This document shows, in pieces, positions 27,197 through 36,270 of a stretch of DNA of 64,000 bases; position 1 is the first letter of the stretch, and each line of letters begins with the position of its first letter. Location: positions 256,001 to 320,000 of IMG/VR virus record IMGVR_UViG_3300017716_001697; one strand, written 5' to 3'. Made by a program: the position numbers and the translations under genes. This DNA is from a virus (lineage: Duplodnaviria > Caudoviricetes). The notes under the pieces are model-generated. The model saw only the letters and a list, made by a program, of their open reading frames with translations, made no database searches and was not told the origin of the DNA.

Positions 27197-27424
27197 ATGT
27201 ACGCATTAACTCTTACAGATCTGAAAACATGGCAGGGACATAAATGGTGGGACAATTTCTGCAGAGAAAATAAGATACTGACTATCGTGGAACCAGTAAC
27301 TAAGAAAAGCAGAGTAAACGTCTTGTTGCGTAAACACAACGGTGTGTTTACTACGGGCCCACTTTGGTCTGTTGTGTTTGACACAGAGGAAGACGCTACA
27401 GCATTTATATTGAGGTTTTCCTAA
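27197..27424 (+). CDS. EEDA-F-L family small protein
   Basis: FDTEEDATAFILRFS. Confidence 0.75.
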   Translation: MYALTLTDLKTWQGHKWWDNFCRENKILTIVEPVTKKSRVNVLLRKHNGVFTTGPLWSVVFDTEEDATAFILRFS

Positions 27425-27654
27425 TGTACACGTTAAAAATCGACTCTAAAACTACACCATGGTGGAACTTCTTAGGGAGCATTAAGGACGAAGATATTAT
27501 AGGTAAGACTGCTAATGAGCAATTAGATTTTATAAATCTATCGTTGTATGAGTATAAGGGAGAATGTTTCCTTACCACTAGATTGGATAGAATTAGTATA
27601 GTACACTTCGAAACAGAAGAAGATTATGTTGTGTTTAAGTTAAGGTTTTCCTAA
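27424..27654 (+). CDS. EEDA-F-L family small protein
   Basis: FETEEDYVVFKLRFS. Confidence 0.75.
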   Translation: MYTLKIDSKTTPWWNFLGSIKDEDIIGKTANEQLDFINLSLYEYKGECFLTTRLDRISIVHFETEEDYVVFKLRFS

Positions 27655-27655
27655 T

Positions 27656-27892
27656 ATGTACAAATTAAGAATTAATGTTAGTAAGAAGTCGGACTACGAA
27701 GCGACATATTACGATTCTGCAACCTGGTGGAAGAACTTTAACGACTGGTATCATAACACATGTACAGTGGGTATGAATAAGGATGACTATATGCTACAGG
27801 TATGTGGATGTAGTTATGAAATGTCGCCTGAGTGGATACTTAAATTTAATACAGAAGAAGATGCAACTGTTTTTAAGTTAAGGTTTAGTTAA
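27656..27892 (+). CDS. EEDA-F-L family small protein
   Basis: FNTEEDATVFKLRFS. Confidence 0.75.
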   Translation: MYKLRINVSKKSDYEATYYDSATWWKNFNDWYHNTCTVGMNKDDYMLQVCGCSYEMSPEWILKFNTEEDATVFKLRFS

Positions 27893-27894
27893 TT

Positions 27895-28116
27895 ATGGCA
27901 TACAGATACCGTATTGTAAACGCTCCGAATATCTGGGCTAACTTCTTAGTCGACTCTAGGTATAGTGACGAGATAGAACTACAGTCGTGGTGGGAATATA
28001 CCGTTTGGTGTTCTGAAAAGTTAAAACCATGGAATGCTACCTTAGTGGGATCTATTGATGGCATAGTTTTTGAAAATGACGATGATGCAGTGGCCTTTAA
28101 ACTAAAGTATTCCTGA
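27895..28116 (+). CDS. EEDA-F-L family small protein
   Basis: FENDDDAVAFKLKYS. Confidence 0.75.
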   Translation: MAYRYRIVNAPNIWANFLVDSRYSDEIELQSWWEYTVWCSEKLKPWNATLVGSIDGIVFENDDDAVAFKLKYS

Positions 28117-28319
28117 TGTACGAATTTTATATCTTTACACATAATCTCCATGTATGGGAAAACTTTGTGGCTAGCACAGCAGCAGGTGGGCAAGATGGAG
28201 ATACATATATTAGTACACTTAATGATGCATTAGAAAGATATAAAGGTGTTATTAAGCCGCATTATGTAGAATTTGCCACCGAGGAAGATTTTATAGTTTT
28301 TAGATTGAGCTTTGCGTAA
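28116..28319 (+). CDS. EEDA-F-L family small protein
   Basis: FATEEDFIVFRLSFA. Confidence 0.75.
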   Translation: MYEFYIFTHNLHVWENFVASTAAGGQDGDTYISTLNDALERYKGVIKPHYVEFATEEDFIVFRLSFA

Positions 28320-28321
28320 AT

Positions 28322-28492
28322 ATGACACCAGTATATGCACCGATAAAGAATGATCGCGAACATGAGATCGCAGTAATGAAATGGTTAAACGAGTTACCGT
28401 CCCAGAGTTACCATTGGGACGAAGAGTATCAGGAATTGCAGTTTAGACATGAAACAGATGCAGTAGCATTTATATTAAAGTTCGGAATATGA
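28322..28492 (+). CDS. EEDA-F-L family small protein (56 aa, not in ORF track)
   Basis: manual translation ends FRHETDAVAFILKFGI. Confidence 0.7.
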   Translation: MTPVYAPIKNDREHEIAVMKWLNELPSQSYHWDEEYQELQFRHETDAVAFILKFGI

Positions 28493-28665
28493 TAACAATT
28501 GCCACAGACAGTGTACCTATGGAAGTATATTATGCTATAATGAATTGGTTAGAGACTGACGATATAGAACATGAAGCACTACTGGAAGACTCGCTTGGCT
28601 ATGTTGCGGCAATACGCATGTCCGAAGAAGATGCGTTAATAATGAGATTGAAACTAGGCATATGA
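28489..28665 (+). CDS. EEDA-F-L family small protein (58 aa, not in ORF track)
   Basis: manual translation ends MSEEDALIMRLKLGI. Confidence 0.7.
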   Translation: MITIATDSVPMEVYYAIMNWLETDDIEHEALLEDSLGYVAAIRMSEEDALIMRLKLGI

Positions 28666-28853
28666 ATAATAAACGTAAACTATGTACACAGGTATTTATT
28701 GTGCCCGATAAGCCAGTATACAGACAATGGCTTGCAGCCTTACCAAAGAAACGGTGGTTCCACCGTAGAACATCGAATTGGTGGGATGATTATATCGAAC
28801 TACACCTACAGCCAGAAGATGCCCTAGCATTTAAACTAAGATTTGAATTATGA
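28662..28853 (+). CDS. EEDA-F-L family small protein
   Basis: LQPEDALAFKLRFEL. Confidence 0.7.
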   Translation: MNNKRKLCTQVFIVPDKPVYRQWLAALPKKRWFHRRTSNWWDDYIELHLQPEDALAFKLRFEL

Positions 28854-29185
28854 ATACAAACACTATATTAAACGAAGATTACACAGCTGGTGTATTGGCA
28901 GGTATACCATTTTTCTGTATTAACAGATTATACAGATGTAATGAAGGAAGCATGGCACTTAAGGTGCAATATGAATTTACTTTTGATAACGGGTACGGAG
29001 CCAGCATTGTCGAATTCCATGATAAGATGTATTCTGGTGGTGCGCAGTACGAATTAGCAGTACTCCGTGATGATCGGTTGGTATACGATACCTATATAAC
29101 ATCTGATGTGGAGCGTGGCAATGAAAAGTATATGCACGAATTACTAAATAAAATTGAACAGTTAAACCAACTGCCTAGTAGTTAG
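28850..29185 (+). CDS. unrelated hypothetical protein inserted in the array
   Basis: FDNGYGASI..YELAVL; lacks family motif. Confidence 0.65.
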   Translation: MNTNTILNEDYTAGVLAGIPFFCINRLYRCNEGSMALKVQYEFTFDNGYGASIVEFHDKMYSGGAQYELAVLRDDRLVYDTYITSDVERGNEKYMHELLNKIEQLNQLPSS

Positions 29186-29187
29186 CT

Positions 29188-29430
29188 ATGATAAGATACG
29201 ATGATACATTGGTACGTGCCCACATTGTGCGAGCATGGATTGCAGCGGAATACGACGCTTTAGATAAATGGGTGATGCAGTGCGATAATGCGGTATGGGA
29301 TTACAATGGACCACGTAGCCATTACAAAGGTAGGCTATTCTATTCTTATGTGATATTTGACTCTACTGAAGATTTACTAGCATGCAAATTAGTCTTTCCA
29401 GAAATTGATTTAGTAAGATATGCCGATTAA
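29188..29430 (+). CDS. EEDA-F-L family small protein
   Basis: FDSTEDLLACKLVF. Confidence 0.7.
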   Translation: MIRYDDTLVRAHIVRAWIAAEYDALDKWVMQCDNAVWDYNGPRSHYKGRLFYSYVIFDSTEDLLACKLVFPEIDLVRYAD

Positions 29431-29522
29431 CACTGTATATTATACATTTGATTTTTGCGTTTCGGCGCGTCCTGCAGGACACCAATACAACCCGCCTGAA
29501 CCAAATTTTGACAAATATTGAC

Positions 29523-29756
29523 ATGGCATACCTGTTTAATGTACACTATGAAGTCGAGCCTAATCTGTGGATTAACTTTCAGACTGCAGAAGGTGGGCCA
29601 GAATTTAATGCAGACGACTGCACTTTTCAAGAGAGATACACTACCTGGATAGATGCTGCACTTAAGAAATATAATGCATATAATGTAGAGGGTGGCACAT
29701 ATATCTATTTCGAAACAGAGGAAGATGCTACTGCTTTTAAACTGAGGTTTAGCTAA
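29523..29756 (+). CDS. EEDA-F-L family small protein (start uncertain, 29448 or 29523)
   Basis: FETEEDATAFKLRFS. Confidence 0.7.
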   Translation: MAYLFNVHYEVEPNLWINFQTAEGGPEFNADDCTFQERYTTWIDAALKKYNAYNVEGGTYIYFETEEDATAFKLRFS

Positions 29757-30019
29757 TGATATCAATACATTTTTCTGAAGCTATAGATATACACAATACC
29801 AGGAATTATTTCGAAAATTTCTACTCAATGGTGTGGAAGGCAAATTTCGGACAGACCGTCGATGATTGGCCATTAGATAGGGCGTTAGACACAGCAATTA
29901 AAGAGTATGGCGGTATCAGCGTAGTTAGACGATATCATAATGCATACCAAGCATATAGATATGTTGCTAAATTCGAGTCCGAGGAAGACCTTGTTGTTTT
30001 TAAATTAAAGTTCAGCTAA
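29756..30019 (+). CDS. EEDA-F-L family small protein
   Basis: FESEEDLVVFKLKFS. Confidence 0.75.
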   Translation: MISIHFSEAIDIHNTRNYFENFYSMVWKANFGQTVDDWPLDRALDTAIKEYGGISVVRRYHNAYQAYRYVAKFESEEDLVVFKLKFS

Positions 30020-30264
30020 TGATATTAGTTCCACTACCACTCAACAAATTAGAAAGAATGACTCGTGAACACTGGTGTATAGAACATATAGGTGACCCGA
30101 GTCCGTCGACATGGTTCATACTAAATTCAATATACCAATTGTCAAATAAGAGTGTAAACATGGTGGAATATAACAGATATAACAATGCAGGGTTAACAAG
30201 ATGTCTAGCAATATGCAATCACGAAACTGCTAGTGCATATAAATTAAGGTTTGGTATATCATGA
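30019..30264 (+). CDS. EEDA-F-L family small protein (divergent)
   Basis: CNHETASAYKLRFG. Confidence 0.65.
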   Translation: MILVPLPLNKLERMTREHWCIEHIGDPSPSTWFILNSIYQLSNKSVNMVEYNRYNNAGLTRCLAICNHETASAYKLRFGIS

Positions 30265-30455
30265 GTTATTCTGTACAATGTAAATATACAACTGACATTG
30301 AATATTATAAAACAATGAAGCAATGGTTGCTGGATACAGGCATGACGGCATGGCGTTGGGATGATGGGCGATATCGTATGATATTTGAAGATGAAATGGA
30401 TGCACTTACCTTCAAACTAAGATATCAGAATGATGTTGATGAGCAGAATATATGA
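30261..30455 (+). CDS. EEDA-F-L family small protein
   Basis: FEDEMDALTFKLRY. Confidence 0.7.
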   Translation: MSYSVQCKYTTDIEYYKTMKQWLLDTGMTAWRWDDGRYRMIFEDEMDALTFKLRYQNDVDEQNI

Positions 30456-30727
30456 TACTCGTAGATGTTAATTCACCTAAATTTAACTATCCTGCACCGT
30501 GGGATAAATTTGTTAAGGTTGCTGATGCTCTGTGGTCGGAAAGGTTTAGACACGCAGAGTGGCGTGATTTTTTAGATGCGCAGTTACTTGATATGGGTGC
30601 AGTAAATATAATGAATACCTATTACATTGAGTTCAAAGATAGGAGTGATGCCCTTGCGTTCATACTCAAATTTGGTGGCATCTATGAAGATCGTGAATTG
30701 ACACCGGACGACGATGGCAGCGTATAA
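30452..30727 (+). CDS. EEDA-F-L family small protein
   Basis: FKDRSDALAFILKFG. Confidence 0.7.
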   Translation: MILVDVNSPKFNYPAPWDKFVKVADALWSERFRHAEWRDFLDAQLLDMGAVNIMNTYYIEFKDRSDALAFILKFGGIYEDRELTPDDDGSV

Positions 30728-30920
30728 GCACAGCGAGCAATTCACAGTCGTACGCATCCCCGACGATTATGATTTCTACGAAGATGATTCAATGTACGAG
30801 TGGTGCGAAGAGCATGCCGGTGATAGAAGCTATAGTTGGGGATACGATGACAAGCAGGGGATTATCTGGTTTGCCGAATCTATTGTCGCCAACCTGTTTA
30901 AATTAACATTCGGAATATGA
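30714..30920 (+). CDS. EEDA-F-L family small protein
   Basis: FAESIVANLFKLTFG. Confidence 0.65.
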   Translation: MAAYKHSEQFTVVRIPDDYDFYEDDSMYEWCEEHAGDRSYSWGYDDKQGIIWFAESIVANLFKLTFGI

Positions 30921-31147
30921 TTTATATTAAATTTCCCAACTACGAAATTATACCAATGGTGACAGCATCTGATTTACTACGAAGCTATATGGTATGGTTA
31001 AATGAACATGCTGGTAATGGACCTACAATAAACGACGAACAGTTACTTAAAGAGTGGGACTGGGTGCGCGGTGATAGATATGCACGAGGTGTTTATATAC
31101 GCGACCCAGAGGTAGCCACTATGTTTAAATTAAAATTCACATTATGA
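30917..31147 (+). CDS. EEDA-F-L family small protein
   Basis: IRDPEVATMFKLKF. Confidence 0.7.
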   Translation: MIYIKFPNYEIIPMVTASDLLRSYMVWLNEHAGNGPTINDEQLLKEWDWVRGDRYARGVYIRDPEVATMFKLKFTL

Positions 31148-31413
31148 CTAATATAGTAGATACAGCAGTTAGAGATAACGAATATCTTGGTATGGTAAAG
31201 GTTGACTTAAAGTTACTCTGGGACGGACCAGCTGCTGTTAGTCCTAAAACATATAATATCTATAAGAATATGTGTCAATGGCTTAGTGAGTCTAAAATAA
31301 CACACAGATTCTTTTGGGACAATACTGGCCAGTATCTACCTAATGCAATCTATCTGGATGCGAAGAGTGACACTGCGACATATTTTATGTTAAAGTACGG
31401 TATATGCAGGTAG
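31144..31413 (+). CDS. EEDA-F-L family small protein
   Basis: LDAKSDTATYFMLKYG. Confidence 0.65.
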   Translation: MTNIVDTAVRDNEYLGMVKVDLKLLWDGPAAVSPKTYNIYKNMCQWLSESKITHRFFWDNTGQYLPNAIYLDAKSDTATYFMLKYGICR

Positions 31414-31583
31414 ATTTAAGACACATATCAAACGACCTTTACAGAAGTGTGTGGTCGTATCTGTTAAGACCTGATAATAAACCCATGTGGGAATATTCAG
31501 TGGCAAGTGTTAATTTAGATGATATTATATATTTTCATAATAAAGAAGATGCCACATTTTTTAAATTAAAGTTTGGATTGTAA
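31404..31583 (+). CDS. EEDA-F-L family small protein (59 aa, not in ORF track)
   Basis: manual translation ends FHNKEDATFFKLKFGL. Confidence 0.7.
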   Translation: MQVDLRHISNDLYRSVWSYLLRPDNKPMWEYSVASVNLDDIIYFHNKEDATFFKLKFGL

Positions 31584-31777
31584 TGTACCGTATCGTGCGT
31601 AATAGTCTAGTCGATGATGCTGAATGGGTTACGCTCGAATGTACTACACAAATCGGTTCGTGGATTAATACCCAATCATCTGACTTGTGGTACTGCCACA
31701 CAGGTATGCCACACGGGCACCTGTACTACGATATTCACGAAGAACTATTGTTGTTGATTAAGTTGAAATACGGTTAG
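31583..31777 (+). CDS. EEDA-F-L family small protein (divergent)
   Basis: IHEELLLLIKLKYG. Confidence 0.6.
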   Translation: MYRIVRNSLVDDAEWVTLECTTQIGSWINTQSSDLWYCHTGMPHGHLYYDIHEELLLLIKLKYG

Positions 31778-31814
31778 GCATAAATATCTGAATTGGTAAT
31801 AACCAAGGAGGGTA

Positions 31815-32033
31815 ATGCAGTTTTTATTCAATACACGTGAGTTAATAGGTAACATAGATTGCGCTGAGGCACTGTTTTCGTATCACCACTATGTTAACTG
31901 GTGTATAAATAATATAGACCAAGATCAATGGGAATTGGACAACACAGACATTATTTGCGTTGGCGGCAAATCTGTGGCTGGTGCCATTCGCATTAAGAAT
32001 ATATCTGATGCGCTCAACTTCGTGCGGGCGTAG
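31815..32033 (+). CDS. hypothetical protein, possible divergent family member
   Basis: IKNISDALNF; CATAAATA and SD ggagg upstream. Confidence 0.55.
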   Translation: MQFLFNTRELIGNIDCAEALFSYHHYVNWCINNIDQDQWELDNTDIICVGGKSVAGAIRIKNISDALNFVRA

Positions 32034-32074
32034 TATCAATTGACTGTTTTACCCGACTATACTATAATAAATGT

Positions 32075-32407
32075 ATGAACTATCTATTAATTGCATTAAT
32101 CGTCCTTGTATCAGCTATTGCGCTCATTCTGCTAGCTGTGTATCGTACTCGTGGTGACCGTAATGCCCGTATTACAGCAGCCAAAGATAGGGCAGCTGAA
32201 ATTAGCACCAGGAATAAACCTGATGTGGTAGATAGTCATTATCATCCCGAACCTGTTGCAAGTGGCGTCAATGTTATAGTCACTGATGGATTAACAGAGG
32301 AGCAAACTCGGATTCTCAGCAAGATATTCGACGATGATAGCTTATATGCACGGCCAGAAGACACTCATTGGAAGCCGACCGAACCATCTCCATTAACCAA
32401 GGAATGA
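32075..32407 (+). CDS. membrane-anchored hypothetical protein
   Basis: N-terminal hydrophobic helix; sigma70-like promoter upstream. Confidence 0.65.
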   Translation: MNYLLIALIVLVSAIALILLAVYRTRGDRNARITAAKDRAAEISTRNKPDVVDSHYHPEPVASGVNVIVTDGLTEEQTRILSKIFDDDSLYARPEDTHWKPTEPSPLTKE

Positions 32408-32408
32408 A

Positions 32409-32591
32409 ATGAATTTAGATAAACACGACGTAGAACGCATTGTCGAAACAATGTTGAGTTCACTAACTCTTGAAATCAAAGATGGCGGGTTTACTGACCC
32501 AAATAGCAGGACTGTGTTGTTGAAATATAAAGGCACAGAGCTTACTAGAACATATTTTGATGTTGTGCAGAAAGACGAATATGAAGGATAA
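32409..32591 (+). CDS. hypothetical protein
   Basis: coupled ORF. Confidence 0.6.
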   Translation: MNLDKHDVERIVETMLSSLTLEIKDGGFTDPNSRTVLLKYKGTELTRTYFDVVQKDEYEG

Positions 32592-32859
32592 TATTGTGGA
32601 AAAGATTGAACTGTTTGAAAAAATGAAATCCATGTCTAAGGATGAACTTATCGATTACATGGGCACAGTCAAAATTGCAAGCAATATCTGCAACGTTGTA
32701 GGAATTAGTGCGGTGATGTTAGCACTGGTATTCACAAATATCTATATGTTGTCAATTGCAGGAGTAGTGCTGTGGGGGTTTGGGCAACTTGCGGTAGGCG
32801 CTGACGTTACCAAGGCGTTTATCAACAACCTGCTAGAAACTAAATTTAATGGTAAATAG
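32581..32859 (+). CDS. membrane protein
   Basis: two hydrophobic segments. Confidence 0.6.
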   Translation: MKDNIVEKIELFEKMKSMSKDELIDYMGTVKIASNICNVVGISAVMLALVFTNIYMLSIAGVVLWGFGQLAVGADVTKAFINNLLETKFNGK

Positions 32860-32862
32860 TAG

Positions 32863-33225
32863 ATGGATTACCCTTACCCGAATTATGGTGTTAGAACAAC
32901 CGAAGGCTATGTAGCACTTGGTGCCAATGTTCAGGCTGTAGTAAACGCTATAAACACGAACACCGTTGTTCCGTATGGCGATTATGGCGGCCCAAACCTG
33001 TATTGGTTTCAAACTATGAATAACGGACTAGGTAACATTATCTATACGATATTTGATCGTGATACTACACTAGGGTTAGCAAGCTTTTCGGTTAGATATG
33101 GCGCGGCATCGACTATACAGCAAATATTATTCGAACAATATCCACGCAGTCAAATTGATCTTCAATTCCTAATCCTCCCACATGTCGATCATCCGCTGCC
33201 TACAAACGGGACCGTCATTGGATGA
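32863..33225 (+). CDS. hypothetical protein
   Basis: coupled ORF. Confidence 0.6.
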   Translation: MDYPYPNYGVRTTEGYVALGANVQAVVNAINTNTVVPYGDYGGPNLYWFQTMNNGLGNIIYTIFDRDTTLGLASFSVRYGAASTIQQILFEQYPRSQIDLQFLILPHVDHPLPTNGTVIG

Positions 33226-33569
33226 AATTATTTGAATTTGTAGAATCATTGGATGAAGGCGTACAGGTCAAGAATATAAAAGGTATATGCGTATTGGTTG
33301 CCGATCATGTGTATGACAGAATGCGTACACGCACCGCAATTACACCCGAAGTCCTGAATACGTTGCTCAAAAGAATCCCAGATGTAAAGAATAAGTACAA
33401 GTCACTCGAAATAGGTACACCTACTAAGCTGTGGTCAAAGTCATTGAATCTTGGCATTGGGATACGCAAGCTCGAAGATAAGGACGGTTATCAACGCTTA
33501 CTTGTCGGAACTGTGCTAGATAAACCATTATTCGATAATGCAACTGATGTAATTTTTTACGTAGGATAG
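33222..33569 (+). CDS. hypothetical protein, possible packaged head protein
   Basis: N-terminus MKLFEFVESLDEG resembles the T4 capsid-targeting sequence. Confidence 0.6.
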   Translation: MKLFEFVESLDEGVQVKNIKGICVLVADHVYDRMRTRTAITPEVLNTLLKRIPDVKNKYKSLEIGTPTKLWSKSLNLGIGIRKLEDKDGYQRLLVGTVLDKPLFDNATDVIFYVG

Positions 33570-33575
33570 GGCATA

Positions 33576-33980
33576 ATGAATCATTGGTTCGAATACGTTA
33601 AATGTTGTCATTCATTAGTAGTCGAATCTGAAGAAAAGATTAATGTACCACTCGACCACGAAGTCGAAGCATACATTGTACATTTAATGGCAAAGAATTT
33701 CGAGCGGACCGACATCGGCCAACGTGCAATGGCTATCCCACTTCTTGAGGCTGTAAGCGAAAATAGAAGCGATAAATTGATATCTGTAGCTGACGAATGC
33801 TTACTAATCCACAGTTACCCAATGCGCCAGTCTAAATGGCCGACAGCCACTTACTATAAAGACATCGGCGTCACTGCATACGGATTGGCTAACCACATGA
33901 TGGAATTTAATTTTGCACCTTCTTCCCGTGTCCTAGCTGCTGTATTTTGCAGAGTACACACTAATCTTGACCACAAGTAA
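33576..33980 (+). CDS. hypothetical protein
   Basis: clean ORF in operon. Confidence 0.65.
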   Translation: MNHWFEYVKCCHSLVVESEEKINVPLDHEVEAYIVHLMAKNFERTDIGQRAMAIPLLEAVSENRSDKLISVADECLLIHSYPMRQSKWPTATYYKDIGVTAYGLANHMMEFNFAPSSRVLAAVFCRVHTNLDHK

Positions 33981-34020
33981 ATAATCTGTTATACTACTAA
34001 TTTACGGAAAGTAGTATAAT

Positions 34021-34542
34021 ATGAGTCGTGATGTTTCAGTAGATGTAGAGAGTGATGGCCCATGTCCGGGTATGCATTCGATGATTTGTTTCGGTGCTGT
34101 TATCGTCGAGGCTGGTTTGCAGCGCACATTCTATGCACAACTAAAGCCTATTTCAGAAATTTATATCCCCGAAGCACTTGCTGTTAGTGGATTCACACGT
34201 GAGCAAACGCTGAAATTCCCTGATCCACGAGATGCTATGCAAAATTTTGAAGCGTGGCTAGGCAAGAATGTTAATGGCAGACCTATCCTCTGGTCTGATA
34301 ACAATGGATATGATGCTGCATTCATTAATTACTATATGTGGCAGCAGCTAGGTCGTAATCCTTTCGGGTGGTCGTCAGCAAACATTGGTTCGTTCTACAA
34401 AGGCATTATGGGCAATGTGCATGCTAAGTTTAATCATCTACGCGATACTCCACATACACATGACCCGGTGGATGATGCAAAAGGCAATGCCGAAGCATTG
34501 TTGAAGATGTACTACATGAATAAAACAGGGAACAAATACTAA
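34021..34542 (+). CDS. DEDD-family 3'-5' exonuclease
   Basis: DVESDG (ExoI), DNNGYD (ExoII), HDPVDDA (ExoIII). Confidence 0.8.
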   Translation: MSRDVSVDVESDGPCPGMHSMICFGAVIVEAGLQRTFYAQLKPISEIYIPEALAVSGFTREQTLKFPDPRDAMQNFEAWLGKNVNGRPILWSDNNGYDAAFINYYMWQQLGRNPFGWSSANIGSFYKGIMGNVHAKFNHLRDTPHTHDPVDDAKGNAEALLKMYYMNKTGNKY

Positions 34543-34543
34543 C

Positions 34544-34798
34544 ATGGATAATCAACAATACCGAATAAATCGTGTAACAGGAATTATGAAACTTGCAATC
34601 GAAGCAGGGTTTCGCGAAGATGATTTAGATACACATACATTTGATTCTATCAATAATATGTTTGACTTGATTGTTAAACAATGTGCTGAACGTGTCGAAA
34701 AGGCGGCGTGGTCTAAATCCGAAGTACACGAGTTCGAAGGAATAAAGAGCGGCAGTGATATCGTCCGTGCATATGGATACTCGATAGGTCAAAAATGA
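34544..34798 (+). CDS. hypothetical protein
   Basis: coupled ORF. Confidence 0.6.
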   Translation: MDNQQYRINRVTGIMKLAIEAGFREDDLDTHTFDSINNMFDLIVKQCAERVEKAAWSKSEVHEFEGIKSGSDIVRAYGYSIGQK

Positions 34799-35175
34799 GC
34801 ATGCATCTGGAATCCCCGGCATTAACTATGTCCGGTAAGAAGAAAGGTAAGAAAAAATTTGCATCTGCAGAAGCAAAACGTAATGCAGATATACTAGCAA
34901 AAGAATGGGAAGACATTAATAAAAAATGGGCACCCAAGGCAGTTGTAAGAAAAGTGTTTAAAACAGAGTCACTTTCTCCTGCAATGTCTACACCGCGTAA
35001 CACAAACACTAGCAACGTACCCAGCTTGGTTACACCTGGTGGAAATTGTGCCAAAAAAGACCCGATTTTGTACACTGGCACTAAAGTATTAGGCGTCGCT
35101 ACAATGCACAAAAGTAATATGGTACCTATATTCTCTGACCAAGAGGCAGTTGACGTAGCAACAATGAGAAGATAG
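34795..35175 (+). CDS. conserved-looking phage hypothetical protein
   Basis: C-terminal YTGT..LGVATMHKSNMVP.F pattern recalled from myophage hypotheticals. Confidence 0.65.
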   Translation: MSMHLESPALTMSGKKKGKKKFASAEAKRNADILAKEWEDINKKWAPKAVVRKVFKTESLSPAMSTPRNTNTSNVPSLVTPGGNCAKKDPILYTGTKVLGVATMHKSNMVPIFSDQEAVDVATMRR

Positions 35176-35238
35176 TCCATTCATTTGACCTATACCCCTG
35201 ATTGTGGTAATATACAGTTTTACACACAGGAGATTCAA

Positions 35239-36270
35239 ATGAAGCGCGTTCTTGCATTATTGGTAGTAGCATCGTTGACAGCATGCGGAGGTGGTGGAGG
35301 TGGTAGTTCTACTGCCGGACCCGTAACATCGTCGGTTAAAGTAACATTATCTGCGGTGGCCAATCTTAATGGTACTACAGATCTGTCATGGTCATCCACT
35401 AATGCAACTGCATGCGATCTATCGGGGTCAACAACTAGTTCTGTACCAGTGAATGGGACCAGACGCGTCACTGCACCTATTATCGAGTCCCAAACATATA
35501 CGATAAAATGCTCAGGTGGAGGTCAATCATCCGCGGCAACAGAAACACCGGTATTGCCTAGTGTAGCAGCCGAGAACTGCAATGCCGGCAGTGCACCCGA
35601 AACGCATATGTGGTTATCGAATATTATTTTGATGAACAATGCATGGGGTGTCAACAGTGTGGGAGTGAATACAGCGACTAGGGTCCAGTGTGTTAAAGGG
35701 AATGTGACTAACAACACAATCAATGCAGAATGGGAATGGAATTTCGATAATTCACAGGGAATAAAATCATATCCGAGCATCGTGCATGGTTTGATTGGCC
35801 CCGGTTGGGCATCCACTACTAAGAATTTACCTGCAAAGATTTCTACTCTCAGTGATACATACGGGGTAACATATTCGGAATCGGTATCAGGGACAGATAA
35901 TGCTAGTGCGTACAATTTCTTGATTGATTTGTACTTCAACAGATCCGATGCTGTAAATAATGACATCGAAATGTCAATTGCTCAGGTATGTGTAAACACA
36001 TGCCACGGACAAGTTTCCGATATTGTTACAATCAATAATACAGTATACCGTGTGTATGTAGGTACCAATGTAGATGGAAAGACACACATTTCCTTCGCAA
36101 GCGTAGCTGTGCCACAGTATTCGGGAAATGTTACATTCAAGCCATTTATTGACTACGCGGTAGCACGTGGATATATGACTGCTGCGTGGAACCTAAGCCA
36201 GGTTACTGTCGGTAACGAAGTATACTCCGGCAAAGGTAAGGCAGTTATGTCAGCTAGATTTAATAACTAG
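35239..36270 (+). CDS. GH12-like glycoside hydrolase lipoprotein
   Basis: LTAC lipobox + Gly linker; NNAWG, KSYPSI, IEMSI and GNEV match GH12 motif order. Confidence 0.65.
   Translation: MKRVLALLVVASLTACGGGGGGSSTAGPVTSSVKVTLSAVANLNGTTDLSWSSTNATACDLSGSTTSSVPVNGTRRVTAPIIESQTYTIKCSGGGQSSAATETPVLPSVAAENCNAGSAPETHMWLSNIILMNNAWGVNSVGVNTATRVQCVKGNVTNNTINAEWEWNFDNSQGIKSYPSIVHGLIGPGWASTTKNLPAKISTLSDTYGVTYSESVSGTDNASAYNFLIDLYFNRSDAVNNDIEMSIAQVCVNTCHGQVSDIVTINNTVYRVYVGTNVDGKTHISFASVAVPQYSGNVTFKPFIDYAVARGYMTAAWNLSQVTVGNEVYSGKGKAVMSARFNN

Noticed and set aside
26080-32033. Paralogue array as a diversity-generating retroelement target
   Set aside because: No reverse transcriptase and no near-identical TR/VR pair differing only at adenines in this window.
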